A DNA stretch of 64,000 nucleotides from an uncultured Pseudomonadales bacterium (lineage in GTDB: Bacteria > Patescibacteriota > Microgenomatia > UBA1400 > UBA12028), in assembly GCA_964635905.1 (NCBI GenBank), contig CAZWPK010000001.1:4894-68893 (forward strand). Direction: 5' to 3'. The translations under genes and the position numbers were made by a program. A model generated the notes under the pieces. The model had not been told where the DNA came from. It saw only the letters and a program-made list of their open reading frames with translations, and did no database searches. Position 1 is the first letter of the stretch, and every line of letters starts with the position of its first letter. Below are positions 18,735 through 27,420 of this stretch, one piece after another.

Positions 18735-19391
18735 ATGACGACGAATCCAACCATAGCAACGCAAGTGAAGACTTTTTTCTCCCGATTCCCGCCGCAATCT
18801 TTTCCTCCCCGACACATACTTTTGGCTGCCAACAGTGAGCCAGCAGGTGTCTATTATCTCGAGTCCGGTCACTTAAAGCAGTATGCATTAACAATGCAGG
18901 GACAAGAATTAGTCATAAATATTTATAAGCCAGGAACGTTTTTCCCAATGATGTGGGCGGTTGCCAATATTCCCAACAGCTATTTTTTTGAAGCGGTTGA
19001 CACTGTGGTAGTTCGACGAGCTCCAGTTTCGGACTGTCTTGCGTTTCTTTCTAGTCATGCCGATGTTACTGTTGATTTACTTAAACGAGTGTATACGGGC
19101 ATCGATGGACTTGTAGCACAAATGACACACAACAGCTATTCGGACGCTAAACGTAAAGTTCTCGCAGTCCTGGTCATGGCTGCAAAGAGATTTGGAGAAA
19201 AGCAGGGGAGCCAAATAGTAATTACCCAACAATTTACCCATAAAGAATTAGGCGCCTTATCTGCCACAAGTAGGGAAACAGTCACTCGAGTTTTACAAGA
19301 GATCGAAACTGAGGGGTTGATTCAAATAGAAAAGCGGAAAATTAGGATCGTCGATATTCAGCAATTAGAAGCAGCTCTCAACAGTTCCTAA
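18735..19391 (+). CDS. Crp/Fnr-family transcriptional regulator (cNMP-binding domain + C-terminal HTH)
   Basis: 218 aa. Beta-roll region YYLESGHLKQY...GTFFPMMWAV and C-terminal HTH (TSRETVTRVLQEIETEGLI). No N-terminal Cys cluster, so it is not a classical Fe-S FNR. Confidence 0.75.
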   Translation: MTTNPTIATQVKTFFSRFPPQSFPPRHILLAANSEPAGVYYLESGHLKQYALTMQGQELVINIYKPGTFFPMMWAVANIPNSYFFEAVDTVVVRRAPVSDCLAFLSSHADVTVDLLKRVYTGIDGLVAQMTHNSYSDAKRKVLAVLVMAAKRFGEKQGSQIVITQQFTHKELGALSATSRETVTRVLQEIETEGLIQIEKRKIRIVDIQQLEAALNSS

Positions 19392-19406
19392 GGGTTGGCT
19401 TCTCTT

Positions 19407-19946
19407 TTATGCTTTGGACTGCAAGTTTGAATAGAGATGCTCAAATTTTTGCAGTTTTGGTGAAATGATCAGCTGACAATAGGGGGCATCGGTGTGAGTG
19501 TTGTAGTAATTCTGATGATAATTTTCAGCAGGATAAAAGTCAGTTGCTTGTTCAATGACGGTTACAATCTTCCCGTTAAAGTGTTCTTGATTTAAACGAT
19601 CCCTTACTTTTTTTGCCGTTTCCAATTGCTGTGGAGAGGTGGTAAACACAACCGATCGATACTGTGTTCCGATATCCGCACCTTGTTGGTTTAGAGTTGT
19701 CGGATCGTGTGTATTCCAAAAAACGTCTAAGAGTTGTTCATACGAAATCTCCGATGGGTCAAACTCCACCTTAATCACTTCTGCATGTCCAGTCGTACCC
19801 ATGCTGACCTGATCGTAGGTGGAATTTTTAAGATGGCCTCCAGCATACCCGGGTTGAACAGAGAGGACCCCATTTAACCGTTGGTAGATGGCTTCTGTGC
19901 ACCAGAAACATCCACCTCCTAGGATCGCTGTTTCTTGTGATGTCAT
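19407..19946 (-). CDS. msrA: peptide-methionine (S)-S-oxide reductase MsrA
   Basis: GGGCFWCTEA active-site motif. Start set to the ATG at 19946 (MTSQETAILGGGCFWC) with an AAGGAG RBS. The longer ORF would overlap msrB. Confidence 0.85.
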   Translation of the reverse strand: MTSQETAILGGGCFWCTEAIYQRLNGVLSVQPGYAGGHLKNSTYDQVSMGTTGHAEVIKVEFDPSEISYEQLLDVFWNTHDPTTLNQQGADIGTQYRSVVFTTSPQQLETAKKVRDRLNQEHFNGKIVTVIEQATDFYPAENYHQNYYNTHTDAPYCQLIISPKLQKFEHLYSNLQSKA

Positions 19947-19947
19947 C

Positions 19948-20313
19948 TTATGCTCCTTTGGGAATAAACTGAAGTGAAAGCGAGTTGACACAATGTCTAG
20001 TATTCGTTGGTGTGAAGTGTTCACCTTCAAACACGTGTCCTAAGTGTGCATTGCACGTTGCGCACATTATTTCAATTCTTTTTCCATCGTCGTCTGGAAT
20101 CCGAAGTACTTTCCCTTCAATTTCTTGATCAAAACTTGGCCAGCCACATCCCGAATGAAACTTTTGAGTTGATCGATATAACGGGGTCTTACAGCGTTTG
20201 CAAAGGTAGGTTCCCTCTTCCCAATACTCATCATATGCACCTGTAAAAGGCATCTCTGTACCTTTGTGAACGATGACGCGTTCTTCTTCTGGCGTAAGCG
20301 TATTCAATTGCAT
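19948..20313 (-). CDS. msrB: peptide-methionine (R)-S-oxide reductase MsrB (SelR)
   Basis: Zinc-binding CKRC...CATC motifs and catalytic RHCVNS. 121 aa. One-nt spacer to msrA. Confidence 0.85.
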   Translation of the reverse strand: MQLNTLTPEEERVIVHKGTEMPFTGAYDEYWEEGTYLCKRCKTPLYRSTQKFHSGCGWPSFDQEIEGKVLRIPDDDGKRIEIMCATCNAHLGHVFEGEHFTPTNTRHCVNSLSLQFIPKGA

Positions 20314-20349
20314 AGCAGAAGTGTATCATGCAACACAATGAAGGATTGA

Positions 20350-20820
20350 ATGGGAACACGGATGCGTATGCAACCAGGAATCGATTACACCGGAGTCTGC
20401 GTTGTCTTTCTTTGCCATGATGGAGAAGGACAGATCGTACTCTCCAAGCGAGGAAAAAAATGCCGTGATGAGCAAGGGCGCTGGGATCCAGGTGGAGGAG
20501 CAGTAGAGTTTGGGGAAAATGTTGATCTAACATTACGCAAAGAGATTAAAGAAGAGTATGCCGCGGATGTCTTGGAGACAGAATTTTTAGGTTTTATGGA
20601 TGTCCATCGAACTCTAAAGGGTAGACCTACGCACTGGATTGCCTTAAGCTACTTGGTTCGTGTTGATCGCAGACAAGTGAAAAATAATGAGCCGCATAAA
20701 TTGGATGCGGTGGAATGGTTTACATTACAAACCCTTCCTAGCCCACTGCATTCGCAGTTTCCTACATTTCTAGAAAAGTTCACATTAAAGCTTTCTAATA
20801 GAAACGATCAGAATGAATAG
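20350..20820 (+). CDS. NUDIX hydrolase
   Basis: Nudix box GGAVEFGENVDLTLRKEIKEEY (GX5EX7REUXEEXGU). Confidence 0.8.
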   Translation: MGTRMRMQPGIDYTGVCVVFLCHDGEGQIVLSKRGKKCRDEQGRWDPGGGAVEFGENVDLTLRKEIKEEYAADVLETEFLGFMDVHRTLKGRPTHWIALSYLVRVDRRQVKNNEPHKLDAVEWFTLQTLPSPLHSQFPTFLEKFTLKLSNRNDQNE

Positions 20821-20996
20821 TAGAATTGAGATACTGACTTTTTGGCAAAGTGAATATAACAAGGATTGCATATGCGGGTCTTTCTTGCTTAGGAATACTT
20901 CAAATTTTTTGCTAGTATTACAGGCAAGTTTAAAACTTTACAAAGAACAGATCCTTTCTTATACTGTATCATTCTATAGTAATCTTTGGAGGTCTC

Positions 20997-21401
20997 ATGA
21001 ACCTAAAAATTCTTGCTCTTGTTGGGAGTGCATTCCTATTGTCTGCATGTAGTCCGGCAGCTGCACCTACTCCCACAACGACACCCGCGATGGAATCAGT
21101 AAGCCCAAGCCCAGTTACTCCAACTGAACCTGCTTCACCTTCCGCAAAAATGAAGGGATATACTTTAACTGATATTGCAACGCACAAAACGAAGGAAGAC
21201 TGCTGGATGGCAATTGAAGGAAAAGTCTATGATGTTACCCCAGTCACGAGTTCTGGAAAACATCCAGGTGGTGAGGTGATCATGACCGGTTGTGGTACGG
21301 ATGCAACCAAACTTTTTAACGCACGTCCTGGTAAAGGAACACCGCATTCTGCAATGACAAAAAGCAATTTAGTGAATTTTGAGATTGGAGTTTTGCAGTA
21401 G
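20997..21401 (+). CDS. cytochrome b5-like heme-binding domain lipoprotein
   Basis: Lipoprotein signal peptide MNLKILALVGSAFLLSAC. Pro/Thr linker. b5 motif (HKTKEDCWMAIEGKVYDVT...HPGG). Confidence 0.6.
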   Translation: MNLKILALVGSAFLLSACSPAAAPTPTTTPAMESVSPSPVTPTEPASPSAKMKGYTLTDIATHKTKEDCWMAIEGKVYDVTPVTSSGKHPGGEVIMTGCGTDATKLFNARPGKGTPHSAMTKSNLVNFEIGVLQ

Positions 21402-21425
21402 TTAGCATTCAGACTAGAAATTGGA

Positions 21426-21453
21426 GCGGGCAGGGAAACCTGTCCGCTTTTTT
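21426..21453 (+). terminator. rho-independent terminator after the cytochrome b5-like gene
   Basis: GCGGGCAGG-gaaa-CCTGTCCGC followed by TTTTTT. Confidence 0.6.
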
Positions 21454-21838
21454 ATGCCCAATGGATGCCGGAATATTTTTCTACTTTATTGAGTAATTCA
21501 TCGAGTTCAAATGGTTTGGCGACATAGTCATCGGCTCCACACGCCTTTGAAATTGTCGCCATATCCCGGTTGGCTGAGATCAAAATGACGGGAATCTCTT
21601 TTGTTTGTTCCATACTTTTTAGACGCTTACAGATGTCATGACCATTCTGACCTGACATCCAGATATCTAGTAAGATGACATCTGGAGAAAAAGCGTTAAT
21701 TTCAAGAGGAACTTTGGATCCATCCGGAGTTGTTTGTACCGTATATCCTGCTTCTTCTAATAGAATTTGGAGCGCCTCTAAAATTCCATGATCGTCATCA
21801 ACAACCAGGACGCGTTTTGACAGTGAAGAGGTGTTCAT
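21452..21838 (-). CDS. single-domain response regulator (CheY-like receiver only)
   Basis: RVLVVDDDHGILE...DVILLDIWMSGQNGHDICKRLK...IPVILISAN. Start set to the ATG at 21838 (MNTSSLSKR). The longer track ORF adds a hydrophobic extension of doubtful reality. Confidence 0.7.
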   Translation of the reverse strand: MNTSSLSKRVLVVDDDHGILEALQILLEEAGYTVQTTPDGSKVPLEINAFSPDVILLDIWMSGQNGHDICKRLKSMEQTKEIPVILISANRDMATISKACGADDYVAKPFELDELLNKVEKYSGIHWA

Positions 21839-22081
21839 AGATTTCACAACAGCGCTTAGTGTACAAAGACACTGTAAGAAGTATGCAAGAAAAATGAAAA
21901 AAATTGTAATACTTTCGATTGCAGTTTCTTGACTAATTCTTACGGTTTTAGTTGCAAATTTCATTTGCGAAAGCTATTAACTACTGCTTACGATCAGCGT
22001 TGTACTTCCATCGGAAATCACTCTGATACTCGATACGGTAGAACGACGATGATTCGTACTGTATAAGAAAGGAGTTCTTCT

Positions 22082-22306
22082 ATGGCAACTGTCATTAATA
22101 ATCCAGGGACAACATCTGATCAATCGACTGGGATCGGGTTTCTTGCTGGAGTAGTCTTATTGATTTTGTTTGTGATTGCGTTTCTGTATTACGGGTTGCC
22201 CGCATTACGACGAAGCTTTTCTTTTGGGGGAACACAAATTAACGTCCCCGATCGAGTTCAAGTGGATGTGAATCAGAATTCAGGTTCTGCCCCATCCGGT
22301 CAGTAA
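22082..22306 (+). CDS. small membrane protein (74 aa), hypothetical
   Basis: AAGGAG RBS 8 nt upstream. One TM helix (GIGFLAGVVLLILFVIAFLYYGL). Followed by a terminator. Confidence 0.45.
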   Translation: MATVINNPGTTSDQSTGIGFLAGVVLLILFVIAFLYYGLPALRRSFSFGGTQINVPDRVQVDVNQNSGSAPSGQ

Positions 22307-22325
22307 TGTTTTGACCTGCGTATCT

Positions 22326-22359
22326 GCCCGTATCTACAGTCTGTAGGTACGGGCTTTTT
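22326..22359 (+). terminator. rho-independent terminator
   Basis: GCCCGTATCTACAG-t-CTGTAGGTACGGGC followed by TTTTT. Confidence 0.55.
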
Positions 22360-22458
22360 CTTACCGTCCCGTTACGGTTTTATCCATGTTGTTTTTTACT
22401 GTAGATCTATTGTGGGAGATACGAAGTGCTCTACCAGGAAATCATCGCAATCTATACT

Positions 22459-23313
22459 ATGTCTACTTTCTTTAATACTCCCCAGCATCAGTCCACGCAA
22501 CCGGGTCGCGAATCCGAAATGATTCCTCAGCCGGATTCTATTGCTCCAACCTATCAGGGGTCAGGAAAATTAACAGGGAAAGTCGCCATTATTACTGGGG
22601 GTGATAGTGGTATTGGGAGAGCTACGGCACTGTTGTTAGCCCGAGAAGGTGCTGATCTGATGATTAGCTATTTAAATGAACATCAGGATGCTTCCGATAC
22701 GCAAAATTTAGTTCAAGCAGAAGGACAGCGTTGTCTTCTTTTTCCTGGAGACATTTCTGATTCTAGTGTCTGTAAAAAATTAGTGGATCAGACGATCACG
22801 GAGTATGGACATTTGGATACGGTGATTAACAATGCTGCGCAGCAGTTTCCACAGGAATCGTTATCGGATATTTCCGACGAGCAATTGTTACAAACGTTTA
22901 AAGTAAATATCTTCTCTTATTTCTATTTGAGTCGGGAAGCCCTTCCGTATTTGTCCGAGGGCAGCACTATCATCAATACAACCTCTGTGACTGCCTATCG
23001 AGGCAGTGACCACCTAATTGATTATGCCTCTACCAAAGGAGCGATTGTGGGATTTACACGATCATTAGCGTTATCGCTTGCCCCAAAGAAAATTCGAGTG
23101 AATGGGGTAGCACCAGGACCAATCTGGACCCCCCTGATACCATCCTCTTTCTCTGCCAAAGAGGTAGAGAGCTTTGGGATGGATACGCCATTAGGAAGAC
23201 CAGGGCAGCCAGAAGAAGTGGCTCCATGCTATGTGTTTCTTGCCTCCGACGATAGTTCCTATATGACAGGACAGATTCTTCATCCGAATGGTGGTGAAGT
23301 AATTAATACGTAG
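22459..23313 (+). CDS. SDR-family oxidoreductase (YhdF/general-stress-protein-39-like short-chain dehydrogenase)
   Basis: GKVAIITGGDSGIGRA (TGxxxGxG). NNAA and YxxxK (YASTKGA) motifs. N-terminal QPGRESEMIPQP segment typical of this SDR subgroup. The start is uncertain. The track ORF begins at GTG 22426, and the ATG at 22459 gives a length matching homologues I remember. Confidence 0.8.
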   Translation: MSTFFNTPQHQSTQPGRESEMIPQPDSIAPTYQGSGKLTGKVAIITGGDSGIGRATALLLAREGADLMISYLNEHQDASDTQNLVQAEGQRCLLFPGDISDSSVCKKLVDQTITEYGHLDTVINNAAQQFPQESLSDISDEQLLQTFKVNIFSYFYLSREALPYLSEGSTIINTTSVTAYRGSDHLIDYASTKGAIVGFTRSLALSLAPKKIRVNGVAPGPIWTPLIPSSFSAKEVESFGMDTPLGRPGQPEEVAPCYVFLASDDSSYMTGQILHPNGGEVINT

Positions 23314-23328
23314 CATAGGAGGAAATGT

Positions 23329-23496
23329 ATGGTGAAGCTTATTACACGGTCAGTTCAAGACACCTTGTCTGGTTTTTCAACGCTTTTTGGAAATGATGTG
23401 ACTATCTTGCGCTTAAAAGACCGATCTACTCGTAAGCGCTCCTCGTCAACGCATACGGGATTTAAAGGCTATTTTAGAAAAAGTAAAAACATTTAG
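23329..23496 (+). CDS. candidate small basic protein (55 aa) with strong SD. Hypothetical.
   Basis: AGGAGG located 6 nt upstream of the ATG at 23329. ORF MVKLITRSVQDTLSGFSTLFGNDVTILRLKDRSTRKRSSSTHTGFKGYFRKSKNI. It is below the 60-aa track cutoff and was found by reading the intergenic region. Confidence 0.3.
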   Translation: MVKLITRSVQDTLSGFSTLFGNDVTILRLKDRSTRKRSSSTHTGFKGYFRKSKNI

Positions 23497-23556
23497 AGTT
23501 CAACTTCACGCGAATTGTTTAAAAATGTTACTTTCGCAGTCGTAGTTAGAATCCTA

Positions 23557-23586
23557 TTTAAATACCCCCTTTCGGGGGTATTTAAA
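23557..23586. terminator. perfect 13-bp inverted repeat hairpin (TTTAAATACCCCC-tttc-GGGGGTATTTAAA), putative bidirectional terminator
   Basis: Read directly. Lies between convergent genes, with A/T-rich arms on both sides. Confidence 0.5.
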
Positions 23587-23612
23587 GATTGCTCTTTTAA
23601 AAACAGGTTGTA

Positions 23613-23870
23613 TTACACCGTTCGGGCAGTAATGACACGTCCAATCCAAATAGTGACGACCGCGCCCATAGTGGCGACAATTAAACTATAAAGATTCAGA
23701 CCATTGACGCCATCAGCGCCAAACATGCCCATTAAGAAACCGCCGACAACTGCTCCAACCACGCCCAAGACAATGTCCAGTACGGGTCCTTGAGAAGCAT
23801 TGGTTTTCATAATGAGTGATGCTAGGTATCCAGCAATGAGCCCTAGAATCATCCAGAGAATGAGTCCCAT
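23613..23870 (-). CDS. GlsB/YeaQ/YmgE family stress-response membrane protein (transglycosylase-associated protein family)
   Basis: 85 aa. MGLILWMILGLIAGYLASLIM...GxxGAxxGG glycine-zipper helices typical of this family. Confidence 0.7.
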   Translation of the reverse strand: MGLILWMILGLIAGYLASLIMKTNASQGPVLDIVLGVVGAVVGGFLMGMFGADGVNGLNLYSLIVATMGAVVTIWIGRVITARTV

Positions 23871-24014
23871 ACAGTTCTCCTTTCTTTATAACGAATACTG
23901 ATTGCGATTATCGTATAAAGTTCTTTTAGTTATTGTTCGTGAGTAGAGTAAGAGGTGGGTAAGATGAACCGGAGGTGAAGTACAATAGCAGTGAGTTAAA
24001 ACAATTCATTATCT

Positions 24015-25430
24015 ATGGCAGAATTTAAACCGTCACTTTTATCCTCTATGGTGTCACAGTCCCCGTACGGGATTATTTTGATGGACGAAGCAGGACTCTG
24101 TTCCTACATCAATACACGGGCTTTGGAAATGCTTTCCGTCTCAGACCCTGTAACGGTTCTTGGGAAACACATTCATGATGTTGTGCATCCTTCGGGGGAT
24201 TTTGCTGATCATACGATTGAAGGGTGTCCGCTTCACTTGGCCATAAAACACCAGCAATCAATGTTTAACGCTTCTGACGTCTTTCGTACCGCTACCAAAG
24301 AAGCGTATTGGGTAGGCCTTTCATTTTTTCCCGTACAGTCTTTGGAGAAGCCTGTTTGTTATCAGTTATCCTTTTTAAATGCAGAGCTCGCCTTCCATGG
24401 AAAAGAAGACTATGTAAAAGCACGTTCCCAATACAAAGTTATTTTTGATGCCAGCCATGATTGGAAGCTCATCGTGACGGATGCAGGTGTTGTAGAGGAG
24501 GGGAATGCGGCAGCCTTAAAGTTCTTTAAAAATCAAATGTTAGGAAAGATTGTGTTTTCACTTTTTTCCACCGAGGATAGGTCAGAACTTAAAGAAATAT
24601 GGGACCAGCGTTTTACGAAGCAAATCCGATTAATCCCTTTTTCGTTCGCCCAAGACACTGGGGAGGAATTTCATACGGAACTATCTATTGTGACCAATGT
24701 TTTTCCCGGTAAGAATTTAATTATCATCCGGGATATTACTTCGAAGGTGGCAATGCAGCGGCAACATGATCAATTTTTGGCCGTTGCAAGTCATGAATTA
24801 AAAACCCCCTTAGCTGTGATTAAAGCATTCGTTCAGCTATTGGAAGGTCAGGTTAAAGACTTTCCGAATCCCAAGGTGCATCGCTATGTCCATCAAATTG
24901 AAGAAAAAACTGATTTATTGACTCTCTTAGTTTCTGATGTGGTGGATTCTATTCGCTTGGGATCTAATAAATTAAAGTTTAGCAACGAAACAATCTCCTT
25001 TGATACGACAGTAAAACAAATTGTGGAAGAGATTCAAGCGCAGACTGTCAGTCATGAACTTAAACTAATTGGTCAATCCAAGGCTACAGTTCATATGGAT
25101 CCACAACGACTTCGACAAGTGCTTCTCAACCTGATTACCAATGCAATCAATTCTTCGGTCGAGAAGGAAGAGGTGCTCATTACCATCAACAACACCGATC
25201 AAATGGTAGAAGTTCGTGTCAAAGATTTCGGAAGAGGACTCTCAAAGAAAGACCAAAAAGATGTCTTTCTGCCATTTTTTAGAAATAAAGCCCTCGCCAA
25301 CACCCATGTGGGAACGGGATTAGGGTTATATCTATGCCAGCGGATTGTGGATCACTACAACGGGAAATTGACTGTCCACAGTGAATACCGTCATGGTTCT
25401 GAATTCAAAGTCGCACTCCCAGTAGCATAA
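24015..25430 (+). CDS. soluble PAS-domain sensor histidine kinase
   Basis: No TM segment. Two PAS-like regions. H-box ASHELKTPLAVIKAF. HATPase N/G boxes (ITNAINSS, DFGRGLS, GTGLGLYLCQRIV). Confidence 0.8.
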   Translation: MAEFKPSLLSSMVSQSPYGIILMDEAGLCSYINTRALEMLSVSDPVTVLGKHIHDVVHPSGDFADHTIEGCPLHLAIKHQQSMFNASDVFRTATKEAYWVGLSFFPVQSLEKPVCYQLSFLNAELAFHGKEDYVKARSQYKVIFDASHDWKLIVTDAGVVEEGNAAALKFFKNQMLGKIVFSLFSTEDRSELKEIWDQRFTKQIRLIPFSFAQDTGEEFHTELSIVTNVFPGKNLIIIRDITSKVAMQRQHDQFLAVASHELKTPLAVIKAFVQLLEGQVKDFPNPKVHRYVHQIEEKTDLLTLLVSDVVDSIRLGSNKLKFSNETISFDTTVKQIVEEIQAQTVSHELKLIGQSKATVHMDPQRLRQVLLNLITNAINSSVEKEEVLITINNTDQMVEVRVKDFGRGLSKKDQKDVFLPFFRNKALANTHVGTGLGLYLCQRIVDHYNGKLTVHSEYRHGSEFKVALPVA

Positions 25431-25504
25431 TGCCAAACTCTAACGATCCTCTTACCCACAGTGCTACTCCGCTGAAGTAAGATAACCCTATTCTATTGTC
25501 GTGT

Positions 25505-25861
25505 ATGAAAACTGTGTTTATTGTAGAAGACGATCCCCATTTATTGGAGGCCATGCAAACGGTGCTTGCTGAGTACGGGTGCAAGCCGGTCTGTTGTACG
25601 CGTACGTCTACATTTTGGAAGCGCTTAGAAAAAAACAAACCGGATGCAATTGTCCTAGACGTCTTTTTGGAAGACGGGAGGGGAGATACTATTGCTCGCA
25701 AACTAAAAACCATGGATGGTTATTGTTCGATCCCAGTGATCTTAATGTCTGCCACACAAGAACTCCGCGAACGAGCGATGGAGGCTAAAGTGGAAGCCTA
25801 TTTGGCAAAGCCTTTTTCTCTGGACAAGTTTACCCAAGTGCTTCAAATGTATTTAAGTTAA
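25505..25861 (+). CDS. single-domain response regulator (receiver only)
   Basis: MKTVFIVEDDPHLLE...DAIVLDVFLEDGRGD...IPVILMSA. The track ORF starts at TTG 25496. The first ATG is at 25505. Confidence 0.75.
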   Translation: MKTVFIVEDDPHLLEAMQTVLAEYGCKPVCCTRTSTFWKRLEKNKPDAIVLDVFLEDGRGDTIARKLKTMDGYCSIPVILMSATQELRERAMEAKVEAYLAKPFSLDKFTQVLQMYLS

Positions 25862-25936
25862 CGAAATCTTTCAAAAGTTACTGAGCAAAACAATGATTCT
25901 CTAGTTGTGCTTTTTTAAATGCAAGGATGGTAGGCT

Positions 25937-26629
25937 TTAAACGTTTTTTGCGGAGTCGTCTCGTACACTGTATCCGAATCCTCGCATCGAGTGAATCAGC
26001 TTGTTGGTATTGCCCTTATCAATCTTTTTTCGCAGGTATCCGATGTAGACGTCGACAACGCGACTTTCTACGTCCGGAGTATAGGACCACACACTGGACA
26101 AAATCATGTCACGGGTTAAGACACGATTTTTGTTGGTGAGTAGGTAATGCAAGAGTGTGTATTCTGTTTGTGTTAAGGGAATGGATTTGTTCGCTCGCTT
26201 CACTTCGAAAGTTTCGGTGTTCATCTCTAGATCTCCAATACGGAGTACTGGATCGGAGGACGGGTCACGAAGTCTGGCCTGAATGCGCGCTAACAATTCT
26301 TCCGTTTTGAATGGTTTTGTAATGTAGTCATCGGCGCCTAATCCAAGTCCAGCAACAATGTCTTTGGTGTCGTCTTTTGCCGTCAGAATGATAATTGGCA
26401 TTCGGGGAAACAGTTTTTTTACTTCTGCACACACAGTTTCTCCGGCTATGTCAGGTAAAGAGAGGTCCAGCAAGACTAGATTGGGGTTCACTTGTTCAAT
26501 TAAGGCGATAGCTTGTGTATATTTATTGACTGGATGTACTGTAAAACGCTGGTTTACGAGAATGTCTTGAAGATATTCCAATAAAGATGGTTCGTCTTCG
26601 ACAACCACAATTGTGGGAACTACACTCAT
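25937..26629 (-). CDS. OmpR/PhoB-family response regulator
   Basis: Receiver (IVVVEDEPSLLEYL...LVLLDLSLPD...MPIIILTAKDD) plus winged helix (LTQTEYTLLHYL...MRGFGY). Start set to the ATG at 26629, which is preceded by AAGGAGAT. Confidence 0.85.
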   Translation of the reverse strand: MSVVPTIVVVEDEPSLLEYLQDILVNQRFTVHPVNKYTQAIALIEQVNPNLVLLDLSLPDIAGETVCAEVKKLFPRMPIIILTAKDDTKDIVAGLGLGADDYITKPFKTEELLARIQARLRDPSSDPVLRIGDLEMNTETFEVKRANKSIPLTQTEYTLLHYLLTNKNRVLTRDMILSSVWSYTPDVESRVVDVYIGYLRKKIDKGNTNKLIHSMRGFGYSVRDDSAKNV

Positions 26630-26712
26630 AGTATCTCCTTTATTCAAAAAGCAAGTGTGCTTGCAGCTTCCATTGTAATAGCCTGGAAGTGCCACTTATA
26701 TAATTCTTACAA

Positions 26713-26761
26713 TTCTCACACCAAGTCAGTACGCAGAAATCTATTCTTATGTTTCTCACAC
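26713..26761. promoter_or_regulatory. two direct copies of TTCTCACAC spaced 40 bp apart, in the divergent intergenic region between the OmpR-type regulator and the RND operon
   Basis: TTCTCACAC at 26713-26721 and 26753-26761. The same octamer TTCTCACA recurs three times in the 44.8-45.1 kb intergenic region. Confidence 0.3.
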
Positions 26762-26824
26762 ATGTCTATGCCTGATCCCTGTCTGAGTTGAACTAGTATA
26801 TGTTCACATACTTGAATATACACT

Positions 26825-27322
26825 ATGAATAATACACAAGTCCTACAATCTCAAACGGTACTAGATACTAAAAGTCAGACTCGAAAGATGGATGAAGAGC
26901 GGGTGAGTAACTTTAAGAAACTGGATGAACTCGCGTCAATTGACAATCAAGCTCTGTTTACAGCGAAAGGGGTATTTCCGTTTGATTTGTTTCCTGACAC
27001 AGTGTACATCGATCGGAACAAGATATCGATTCACAAACATTTTTTCTTTTTTACCAAACAGTTACAAAGCATCATGATTCGGGACACCTTAACCGTAGTA
27101 GTCGAGGAAAATCTTTTGTTCGCGAGCCTACAGATTGTAGACAAAGTGTTTCCGCAGGAAACGATTCAGGTTCGATTCTTAACGAAATCGGACGCAAAAA
27201 AAATTCGTTGGATAGTGGAAGCCTTAATCGTAGGCCTAAACGAGAACATTGATTTCACTCGGATTCCCAATGAAGACCTCATCCCCAAGTTGCTTGAAAT
27301 TGGCAAGATCAGTACTTCCTAA
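26825..27322 (+). CDS. hypothetical protein (165 aa), first gene of the RND efflux operon
   Basis: ATG start. No TM segment and no recognisable motif. Same strand as, and 98 nt upstream of, the adaptor gene. Confidence 0.4.
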   Translation: MNNTQVLQSQTVLDTKSQTRKMDEERVSNFKKLDELASIDNQALFTAKGVFPFDLFPDTVYIDRNKISIHKHFFFFTKQLQSIMIRDTLTVVVEENLLFASLQIVDKVFPQETIQVRFLTKSDAKKIRWIVEALIVGLNENIDFTRIPNEDLIPKLLEIGKISTS

Positions 27323-27420
27323 CCGCTACCACTTTTCACAGTTGAGGTAAAACCATTCCATTCTCTTACGGCTTCTGGTATACTTCGCCTTCGGATTATT
27401 TTCAGTGAAGGTGTTATCGT

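Noticed and set aside
22426-22458. GTG-initiated 11-codon extension of the SDR gene
   Set aside because: Homologue length, as I recall it, favours the ATG at 22459. The extension start is GTG with no RBS. Kept only as a note.
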